From: Patellaria atrata CBS 101060
Lineage: Eukaryota
NCBI GenBank assembly: GCA_010093705.1
Contig: MU006091.1
Location: 1,798,001-1,828,131, forward strand
Direction of reading: 5' to 3'
DNA: 30,131 nucleotides
Under the pieces are notes generated by a model, which had not been told where the DNA came from, ran no database searches, and saw nothing but the letters and a program-made list of their open reading frames with translations. The position numbers and the translations under genes were made by a program. Below are positions 21,569 to 30,131 of the stretch, one piece after another. Every line of letters starts with the position of its first letter. The stretch's first letter is position 1.

Positions 21569-24500
21569 ATGTCGACTTCAACAAATCCTTCGTCTCAAGT
21601 GGCCACAGTCACTCTGAAAGATGCCTCTGACTGGCATAATTGGTACTATCTTATCAAGAATCAGGCGGAAATGGAAGATATCTGGGACTATTGTGATCCA
21701 GATCTTCAAGAGAAACCTGAGTTACCATCATCACCGCCCCAACCGGCCAATGTGAAAGAATGGCTCCGTACAGGCACTCCACCAACTGGAGAGACCCAAG
21801 CATCTATGACCGGATTGTACACCTCGCTTAGAGCTAACGCCAGAGATCAATCAGAAAAGAGAGCCAAGATCGTGAAACTCTATTCTCTGATTACGAGTAC
21901 TGTTCCAGCCAGCAACCTACCGTTAAGTGAGGAGACGAAAGAACCATACACCCTTTTGAAGAAGCTTAAGTCAAGATTTAAGCTTGAAGACCGGACGATT
22001 CGGAACGAAGCATACAGCAAGTATCTACATCATCTGCGAACAATTAGAAAGAGAGATATTGACGCTTGGTGTACAACTTACCTAGGCTTGTATGAAGACT
22101 GCATCCGTTTTAAAGTCCCCGAAGTGGCCGGAGAAGGTCTAATTAGGGATCTACTAAACACTCTAGCCAAAACCTATGAACAATGGGCAACAGCCAAAGC
22201 TGTCAACGTAAACGACCAGCTCGACGCAAATGAAAAGGTCGAAATTTCGATGATCATATCTCAATTCCGCAATTACCACAAAGCCCAGACAATCAAAGAC
22301 CCAGCTAGAGGTGTGTTTGCTGCACTCCAAGGCCAGTCTCTCGATGAATCCACCACACAAGCTATTGTTTCCACGGCAAAGAAGACATCTAGAAATGACC
22401 GTCTTAAGAAATGCCTTTGTGGGAAAGACCACCGTTGGGGAGCCTGCCCTTATATCAATCCACGAGCTACAAAGCCAAAAGACTATTCTGAGACCACCCA
22501 AAAGCTCGTTGATACCAAGATTTTGGAGCTAAATGAGTGGCAACGACTCGCAATCCAGAAGATTCGAACATCTAGGCCAGAGAAGGCTAAAGATGAGAAA
22601 GAAGACGCCTCTAAATCTGATGACAATCGAAAAGGAGACATTGGTATGTTCGTTGGAGCAAAGTTTTCGGGTCCTACAGACATCGTGTTAGCGAATGCAC
22701 GTTCCTCTAACCAACACTGGCTTCACGACTCCGTTCTTCTTGATTCGGGATCTAGCATCCATATAACCAACGATCGGTCAAATTTTGAGATTGAAAGCTA
22801 CTGCGATAATCGATGGATTGAAGTAGGAAAGGGGTCATGCCAGATATTAGCGAAAGGCAGGTGGACAATTGAAGTTGAAGGACCAGAGGGTACCCGAAGA
22901 ATGATTTTCAGTGAAGCTTATCTCTGTCCGGACTTTAATGCCTCTGTTGTTGGTCTCAAAAGCCTTAGAAAACGGGGAGCATTTTGGAACCACCGTCGTG
23001 GCTGTCTTGAGTACGAAAACGGAGATATGATGTGCAAAGTTCTGGAAAAAGGCGACCATTACCTATTGAACTATAAAGATGTTGTTCAAGTCGGATCAGT
23101 ATTTGCTGCTCACAAATCAACAGACCCAAAACCTCCAGTAAGCGCAACAACTAGACGTTGGCATCGGATTATGGGCCATGCCGGGCCTGAGGCAATCAAG
23201 CATCTTACTACCGATGTAGTAGGAGCAGAGATAGATGGCAGAGGACTATCTACAATTGAGTGCGAGGTTTGTGCTGTCTCAAAGGCAACAGAAATTATCA
23301 GTCGACGCCCTTTAGACGAGCCGGCAACACGGATTTTCCAACGGGTATCCTATGATATTGTATCATTCCCACCGGGCTATAATGGCCATCGTTATCTCAG
23401 CCACTACCATTGCGACTACTCTCACTGGATTGATCTAGAGACGTCAGCGACAAAGCCAGAGACGAATGAAAGTAATCGCAAGTACTTTAAACGCACCAGA
23501 ACTCAGTTTGGAGTTGAAATTCAAAGATTCAAAAGTGACAACGAGACAGCGTTAGGAAAAGCTCACAATAGGCTTTTAGAAGAGACCGGCACGATAGCAG
23601 AGCCTTCAGCTCCGGATACTCCAGCCTAGAATGGTGATGCTGAACGCTCTGGAAGGGTGATTATTACCAAGGCTCGTTCCATGTCCACTGATTCTATGAT
23701 CCCTTGGGAGCTTTGGCCGGAAATTGTGGCAGCAGCGGTGTTCATTAACAATCGGACACCTCATCGATCGCTTAACTGGAAGACGCCATTTCAAGTAGTA
23801 ACAGGGCGAAAACCGAATATATCTCACCTTAAAACGTACGGCTGCAGGGCATACGTACTCGATAAGCATATTCCACGCTTACAGAAGCTCCAGCCAAGAG
23901 CTCTGATTGGTTATCTTGTTGGATACGATTCCACAAACATTTACAGGATCTGGGTTCCCAGCAGGAAACGAGTGTTTCGATCTAGAGACGTTAAGTTCGA
24001 CGAAGATCGGTTCTATGATCCAGCAGAGCTGGATTTCGGTCATTTACTGCGTGAGAGAGCTGACGAGGTGATCGTTATGCTTGAAGTTCCCCCTATGATC
24101 ACTTCAATTGAAGAAGTTGACGAACCAGTGCTCCTTAAAGATATCGTGGACCCTGAAGCGACTCAAGTTTACAATTTAAAGCAGACGATGCAAGTAGCAG
24201 TTGGAAATACTAAAGATGGAAGGGTGGACCAGTCCGGAACATTTCCTACCCCTCCTCCAGATACACCCTCAATCTTAGAACAACCACAGCCGCCAGCTAG
24301 GACAGCTGGAAATGCTGAAGAAGCGCAAGAAACGAGTCTTAGTGGCCCTACGGATTCAGCTGATGCTATGGAAGACCCCGAGGCCGCGCCGCCAAGCTTA
24401 TCACTCTCCGACCATCCACGACAGAGGCAATCGTCGTCTTCTTTAAGGACAGATGAAGAAGGAGAGGTAATAGAGGTAGAGAGGGGCCAAGATAAACCCA

Positions 24501-26224
24501 CACAGGAAGAGCTAGTGGAGCAGCAGATCCAAAGCGAGCTTCATACTAGCTAGAAGAGGGGTTCAGGGGTAAATACCCGTCGGAATCGGGCCCCACGGGC
24601 CATAGAGATTTCCTCCCGGATGGCCGAGACTAACATTCTACCGGAAGGATCAAAACGAGTTCGGAAACCACCAAGAAACAACGATCCAGCTGTATTCTAT
24701 GCTGAACATATAGCTAAACAGCTGTCAGATCTGAAGACGACTCACCAGGACGATTTGTCACCTCCTCCAAAATACTATAAGGACGTTTTGAAGCATCCGT
24801 ACAGAGCTCAATTCCTTGCAGCTATGGAGCTGGAGATGTCTGCCCTTCAGAGTCGTGGTACGTATGAGCCAATCAGAGCGTCGGAGATCGACAATACTAA
24901 GCCTCTTCTGCCTCTTGTCTGGGTATTCACGTACAAACTAGACGTGGAAGGTTTTTTGACGAAAACAAAGGATCGACTTTGCGTCAGAGGTGATTTACAC
25001 GAGACGGAACTCGATACGTACGCAGCAACTCTCGCCGTACGTACAATACGGGCCATACTAGCCATAACAGCCGCCTTTGATCTTGAAGCTATCCAATTGG
25101 ACGCTCTAAATGCCTTTGTCAACAGTAATCTGGACGAAGAAGTCTACTGCAGATATCCGGACGGATTCCATAAGCAGGGACTTGTTATGAAGCTTCACAA
25201 AGCTTTGTACGGACTGAAGAGATCACCTCGGCTATGGTATCAGTTGTTTTCAACAGCTCTAGAAGAGCTGGGGATGATGCCGGTTCCTGGTGTCAATTGC
25301 TTGTTTACTGATGGCACCATATTAGTGTTTTTCTACGTGGATGACATAGTGCTATTAGCACGTTCTCAATTTGCGACGAAGCTCCACGAATTCAAAGACA
25401 AAGTGATGGGAAAATTCCCCATGCGAGATCTTGGAGATATCCAGTACTTTTTGGGCATACGTATCGTTCGCGACAGACCAAATTTGAAAATATGGCTGTG
25501 TCAAGATGCCTATATTGACAAGCTCATAAACAGATTTGAGCTTCAAAACTGCCGGATGAGACATACTCCCCTTTCCTCAGAAGAGCTCGTTCAAAACGTC
25601 TCAGACGAAGCACCCCCAAGCCGTATATCGGCATACAACACTCGGGTCGGCTCTATCGGCTGGTTGAGCAGCATAACCAGACCAGACGTCGCCAAAGCCC
25701 ACAGCAAGCTGTCGGAATTCCTTAAGAATCCGTCAAGCAAGCATCTCGAAGCTGCAAATCAAGTGCTGGCTTATCTGAAGCATCACAAGCACCTGGCAAT
25801 TCAGTATGACGGAACGTTGACTGGAAGGGTGTTTGCAAGCTCTTCTGACGCCTCATTTGCAGATAACCCCGACCGGCGAAGCTCTCAGGGGTTCCTCTTC
25901 TCATTATTCGGTGGACCAATTGACTGGCAGGCCTCAAAGCAGAAGACAGTCACCACATCAAGCATAGAAGCTGAGCTGTTAGCTCTCAGCCTCGCTACCA
26001 GAGAGATGGTAGCATGGAATCGTTTCTTTGAAGCGATCGACTTTGATCCAGAGCACCGAAGCTCAATTTGGTGCGACAATCAACAGACGATACGGCTTCT
26101 CAAAGCACCTGAACCTCAGTTAACAACAAAACTCAGACACGTGGATATCCACCACCTGTGGCTGAGGCAAGAGGTTCAGCATGACCGGATAAACGTAGAA
26201 TGGAAGCCTAACTGCAATGCTTAA
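21569..26224 (+). pseudogene. Copia gag-pol polyprotein, single frame with two in-frame TAG stops (23627-23629, 24551-24553) and truncated RNase H
   Basis: Gag knuckle CLCGKDHRWGAC; protease LLDSGSSIH; integrase WHRIMGH...CEVC, SYDIV, KSDNE, PA*NGDAER; RT KALYGLKRSPRLW and YVDD; RNase H SDASFAD and IEAE. Track ORFs 21533, 23657 and 24620 are all in the same frame. Confidence 0.93.
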
Positions 26225-26316
26225 ATCAGTAAATGTATAACTGATTTAAATGTGGACCGTGCGCACCTGAAGAGCAGGGGTATTACTGATTTAAAAAACT
26301 TGCTGCAAATCAGTAA
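26221..26316. repeat. Two pairs of perfect 10-bp inverted repeats built on AAATCAGT
   Basis: TTAAATCAGT (26221-26230) / ACTGATTTAA (26240-26249) with a 9-nt spacer. TTACTGATTT (26283-26292) / AAATCAGTAA (26307-26316) with a 14-nt spacer. Confidence 0.9.
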
Positions 26317-26635
26317 AGGGTAAATCTTCAAGTAAATGCAGATATAATTCGATAGAAAGGTAAAATCAACCTTACGCAATCAGCCGGTCAAATTAGATTT
26401 TTTATATCGCTTCTAGTTCCTTTAATGCAGCCTGCGATATAAATCGCTGGTCAGGAATGTTAATGGGGTCACTTTCTATCTATGCGTCCCTACTGGCGCT
26501 ATCCCTCCAACCAATTAAAAGAAGAAGAAGGAGAAGAAGCGAAGAAAGTCCGAATAGAAGAAATGGAATATCTCCCTCTCTCTATTCTCCCTCTCCTTTG
26601 TTGTAACTCCCTTTTCATTAGGCTTATCAATATTA

Positions 26636-29600
26636 ATGGATCAATTTAATACCCTTTTTATTCATATTCCATGCTATCGTGTCGCCGTTTGTAAAGAATG
26701 TCACGTTGGTATAGTAAAGGCCAATATCGCCCGCCACCTAGACACTCGACACGCGAATTTGACGAGGAGCACACTGCAGGAAATCGCCCGGGCGGCTAGA
26801 GCGATCGAGGAGCTGGCGGAAGGTGAGGAACAGGTGGTATACCCGGGCCCGGACTCCGAGCCCGTGCCCCACCTTGCTGTGTGGCGCGACGGGCTAAAGT
26901 GCACGCGGTGCGGTTATATCCGCCGAACTATACAGGACGTGCAGTCGCACTGCCGCGAGCAGCACGGCTGGGCGAACCCGCGGAAGAGGGGCCGCATGGC
27001 CAAGGGCTGCCGGGCCGAGGCCAACGCGATGTGGGTGGAAGGGGTGCACTGCCAGAAGTTTGCGGGAGCCGGCAAGCTAGGGAAGCTGTTTGAGGTTAAG
27101 AGCCAGGAGGAGAAGATAGACGCGGGGAGAGGTATACCGCAGGACGAGGGAGTCGAGATAAGCCAACAACTAGAAAGAATGTTTATCAAGGTGTCTAGAC
27201 AGCTAGAGAAGGCGGAGGAGGATGCGTACTCGATCGTGGAGCCGGACAGTGACAGGTTCATCCCCAACACGTGGCTGGACAGATCAGGATGGGCAAAGCA
27301 TTTTGCCGGTTTCGATCGCACTTGGCTGCGCTCATTGGTCCAGAGGCCAGGAAGGCACGAGAGCGCGCTGACAAAGCTATGCTGGGCGGTTGAGAGTGTG
27401 ATATATAAGGCCCAGCGGTCATCGACAGCTGAGGTTATGGGATTGCCATCCATGAATTACATCAATAGAAGAGAAGCAGGGAATGATACTAACGAGAAGC
27501 CGTTAAACACGCGGCAGGCCGGCTCAACGATGATTAGATATAGTCGGGTCTGGGTCGGCATGATTGGCTACATCTGGAGGACATACAAGCTGGAAGCAGG
27601 CTTGCCGGCAGCGGGCAATGGCGTAGTAGAAGAAGACGGGGAAGAGGGAAGCGGGCATGAGCGTACTAAGAGGAGGCCAACGTACCGGCTGACAGGTAAG
27701 CAACAGGAATGCTTATCAGGGATTATTGATATAGTTAGAGAGGATAAGGATGAGGAGGATGGTGAGGGAAGAGAAGACGAAGAAGAAGTATACTATAAGC
27801 TCACGGCGGTAGAGGATGACGATTACAGCGAGGCTAGTGAGTATAACGTGGAAGACTTATTAGGAGAGGAGGAAGAAGCCCAGCTAGAGAGTAATACCTT
27901 AGCGTTCCTACTATCGCTGTTAGATCACCAGTTAAAGGATAGCGAGTATCAAAGCGCGCTTATCAGTGCCACGGCTGCATTCGGTGTAGATGCAGACCAG
28001 GGCTGGAAAGGTGTGCTCGCATACACACCTACGCTCTCAGCAATCATCACGGTCGCCAGGATGCTAGTGCTCTACCAGGCAAGACAGACCAGAATCCGGA
28101 GCATCGAGGAGATGATAGGGAGGGATGGAATTGACGGAGAGAAGGCACAAGACCTGGCGCCATCTCACTTCGAACTGGTGAAAGAGATGACTGGCCGATT
28201 TATGACGCTGACGGCTTTTGGAGGCCAGCCTAGTCCGATGGACTCGTTACTACGGCTGCGAACGTATGGGTTCAAGATTAGGTTCAATACCAACGCTGAG
28301 GGTAAAGTGGACTGGGCGGGGGACACGCTACTGTATGGCCATGTCAAGTTCACCGTTCCAGAGCTGCGATCGATGATCCATGGGCTGGTGGAGACAGCGC
28401 GGCTGGAACTGATGCAGGACCTGCTACTGCTAGACATGGATGAGGATGGCCAGGTTAAGGAAGGCTCGACAACGGCGCCGGCCATATGTTGGGACAGCCT
28501 GGTGGACAATCCGGCGGAGATGAAGGCCGGATGGAACCTCTTTAAAGATTCCAGAAACACATTTGGAGGTGTCGACGGCAAAGAGTGGCTGTCAGGGCGC
28601 ATGGTTAGGGAGCAGAGGCTGAGGCGACGGTTTATCAATAGCATAGCAAAGGACACGGCTGCTCCGGATGGCTACGGGATCGCTTGGAGGATAGCCCAGG
28701 TCAGGCGGTACCAGAAAGCAGGGAAATCGTTCCGCCAGAAGCTGCTTGTGCTGGCACATATGACCGGAGGGATGCCAGCGCGGGGGACCGAGATCGTCTC
28801 AGTCCAGTACATGAACAGCCCCAACGGGGAGGGTAGAGGGTTGTTTGTGGAGGATGGGCTGCTCGTCTATGTCACCAGGTACCATAAGGGCATCGGAGCG
28901 AGTTCAAGAGCCAAAGTGATCCACCGCTATCTACCAAGGGAGGTTGGCGAGTTGATGTTCTACTACCTCTGGCTGGTCATCCCGTTCCAGGCCAAGTTGA
29001 GCATGGCACCGAGCGGGAGCGTCGCAAGGCAGCCCAGCGCATTCATCTGGGAGCCAGCGGGGGAAAAGACGTGGGAAGGGCCGCAGCTCAAGAAAAGAAT
29101 GGGGAGAGCTGGAAGTCGAGAAGCCGAAGGGTCGAGCGAAGGTGATACTATAGCAGAAGATAAAGGTTTGGAGGAGACGGAAAGGTGGGATACTAACCGT
29201 ATAGGAAGAGCGCTACAGCAAGTATCTATAAGGTGGCTAGGAGTTAAGCTTGGCATCTTAAGCTGGAGACACTGCGTTAAGGCAATCTATCGCAGGTATA
29301 TCAGCGACGAGACAGCCCAGCACGCGCTGATAGAGAGCGATGGAGAGGAAGAGGAAGACGAGGCGGACAATCCATTTGACATTGGCTTTGGGCACGGGTC
29401 AAAGACCGCAGAGGCTGTTTACGGCAGGACGGTTGACGAGTCCCCATTTAGTACCGCCAGTCAGCGCTCAGCCCTACGTAAGGTTAGCAAGAGATGGCAC
29501 GAGTTTCTTAAGTTCCAGTCGACGCTAGAAGATGATGCTTATCGCAAAGGAAAGATAACAGCAAAAATAAAGAAGAAGGAAGCTATAGAGGGAGAGATGA

Positions 29601-30131
29601 AGAGGTGGAAAAGGTTACGAGCGGTTAATATCCGGGAGCAATTGAAGTTGCTGGTTGGGAGCGAGGCAGAGTTTAGGAGCGTCCAAAGACCGGCACTAGA
29701 GGCGATCATGCAACAGAAAAATCCCGTGGTCGTGGTGATGGGAACAGGCGCCGGGAAGAGTATGCTATTCATGCTACCGGCATCGTGCTTAATAGGTGTG
29801 ACAGTTGTCGTGGTCCCACTAATTTCGCTGAGGGCAGATATGAAGGCACGCTGCAGCCATGCCGGGATCGAGTGTGTCGAATGGGACAGCAGGAGGCCAC
29901 AGGAATGGGCCTCGGTCGTCTTGGTAACACCGGAGTCGGCGGTCAGCGAGGGATTTGGGAACTTCATCAACCGGCAGAGGTCGATGGGAAGGCTAGATCG
30001 CATTGTGGTAGATGAGTGTCATGTCGTGCTGGACTCGACCAAGGGCTGGAGGACGCGTATGCTAAGGCTACGGGAGCTAGTCAAGGCAGAGACACAGCTA
30101 GTGTATCTAACAGCCACGATGAGGCCTAACT
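26636..30131 (+). CDS. DUF3505-type zinc-finger + tyrosine-recombinase-like + RecQ-family DExH helicase protein (telomere-linked-helicase-like), more than 1165 aa, 3'-partial
   Basis: Hand-translated with no stop from ATG 26636 to the window end. Zinc fingers CKEC...HLDTRH and CTRC...HCREQH; WLDRSGW; TGGMPARGTE, YHK, SWRH and GHGSKTAEAVY. RecQ motifs FRSVQ, MGTGAGKS, VVPLISL, VTPE, VVDECH and LTAT. Confidence 0.9.
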   Translation, partial: MDQFNTLFIHIPCYRVAVCKECHVGIVKANIARHLDTRHANLTRSTLQEIARAARAIEELAEGEEQVVYPGPDSEPVPHLAVWRDGLKCTRCGYIRRTIQDVQSHCREQHGWANPRKRGRMAKGCRAEANAMWVEGVHCQKFAGAGKLGKLFEVKSQEEKIDAGRGIPQDEGVEISQQLERMFIKVSRQLEKAEEDAYSIVEPDSDRFIPNTWLDRSGWAKHFAGFDRTWLRSLVQRPGRHESALTKLCWAVESVIYKAQRSSTAEVMGLPSMNYINRREAGNDTNEKPLNTRQAGSTMIRYSRVWVGMIGYIWRTYKLEAGLPAAGNGVVEEDGEEGSGHERTKRRPTYRLTGKQQECLSGIIDIVREDKDEEDGEGREDEEEVYYKLTAVEDDDYSEASEYNVEDLLGEEEEAQLESNTLAFLLSLLDHQLKDSEYQSALISATAAFGVDADQGWKGVLAYTPTLSAIITVARMLVLYQARQTRIRSIEEMIGRDGIDGEKAQDLAPSHFELVKEMTGRFMTLTAFGGQPSPMDSLLRLRTYGFKIRFNTNAEGKVDWAGDTLLYGHVKFTVPELRSMIHGLVETARLELMQDLLLLDMDEDGQVKEGSTTAPAICWDSLVDNPAEMKAGWNLFKDSRNTFGGVDGKEWLSGRMVREQRLRRRFINSIAKDTAAPDGYGIAWRIAQVRRYQKAGKSFRQKLLVLAHMTGGMPARGTEIVSVQYMNSPNGEGRGLFVEDGLLVYVTRYHKGIGASSRAKVIHRYLPREVGELMFYYLWLVIPFQAKLSMAPSGSVARQPSAFIWEPAGEKTWEGPQLKKRMGRAGSREAEGSSEGDTIAEDKGLEETERWDTNRIGRALQQVSIRWLGVKLGILSWRHCVKAIYRRYISDETAQHALIESDGEEEEDEADNPFDIGFGHGSKTAEAVYGRTVDESPFSTASQRSALRKVSKRWHEFLKFQSTLEDDAYRKGKITAKIKKKEAIEGEMKRWKRLRAVNIREQLKLLVGSEAEFRSVQRPALEAIMQQKNPVVVVMGTGAGKSMLFMLPASCLIGVTVVVVPLISLRADMKARCSHAGIECVEWDSRRPQEWASVVLVTPESAVSEGFGNFINRQRSMGRLDRIVVDECHVVLDSTKGWRTRMLRLRELVKAETQLVYLTATMRPN

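Larger units (their letters stand above)
21139..26210 (+). mobile_element. Ty1/copia LTR retrotransposon, interrupted within RNase H; 3' LTR not in window
   Basis: 5' LTR, PBS, then gag-PR-IN-RT-RH domain order. Similarity stops abruptly after ...INVEWKP. Confidence 0.95.
26211..30131 (+). mobile_element. Putative DNA element encoding a zinc-finger / tyrosine-recombinase-like / RecQ helicase fusion; left end near 26210-26216, right end outside window
   Basis: Interrupts the copia RNase H, begins with clustered inverted AAATCAGT repeats, and carries one long intronless ORF. Confidence 0.7.

Noticed and set aside
23627..23629. Programmed stop-codon readthrough in the copia polyprotein
   Set aside because: The TAG lies within the integrase core at a conserved Gln position, not at a gag-pol boundary; a nonsense mutation is simpler.
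26701..30015. Short track ORFs in this span (26701, 26881, 26914, 28165, 28963, 29340, 29539, 29785)
   Set aside because: Antisense or off-frame shadows of the single long plus-strand ORF.
26636..30131. Helitron, AcademH, Starship captain or housekeeping Sgs1/RecQ as the identity of the long ORF
   Set aside because: The helicase is SF2 RecQ-type rather than Pif1, and no HUH or DDE motifs were recognised. Starship captains are not fused to RecQ. An intronless gene with DUF3505-type fingers interrupting a retrotransposon does not fit Sgs1. A profile search is still needed to confirm.
1..30131. CRISPR arrays, rRNA or tRNA genes
   Set aside because: No repeat-spacer array or structural RNA gene was recognised; the sequence is eukaryotic.

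Overview
Filamentous-ascomycete genomic DNA (GT-AG introns with CTRAC/CTAAC-type branch points, RIP-like transitions). The core (3326-20731) is a compact, apparently intact six-gene polyketide cluster: cytochrome P450, SDR, secreted BBE-like flavin oxidase, bZIP-basic/ankyrin transcription factor, trans-acting alpha/beta-hydrolase (thioesterase) and a non-methylating highly reducing PKS. This gene set is typical of fungal macrolactone pathways. Transposon debris lies on both sides. Left: a probable HET-gene relic, stacked solo LTRs and an AT-rich RIP-like tract. Right: a LINE RT fragment and a Ty1/copia element with two nonsense mutations. The copia RNase H is cut off at about 26210 by a different element. 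That element begins with clustered AAATCAGT inverted repeats and carries an uninterrupted ORF of more than 1165 codons (26636 to the window end), absent from the ORF track. The ORF fuses DUF3505-type zinc fingers, a tyrosine-recombinase-like catalytic constellation and a RecQ helicase, and is the strongest candidate for an under-described mobile system. All exon models and motifs were read by hand; no database searches were run.
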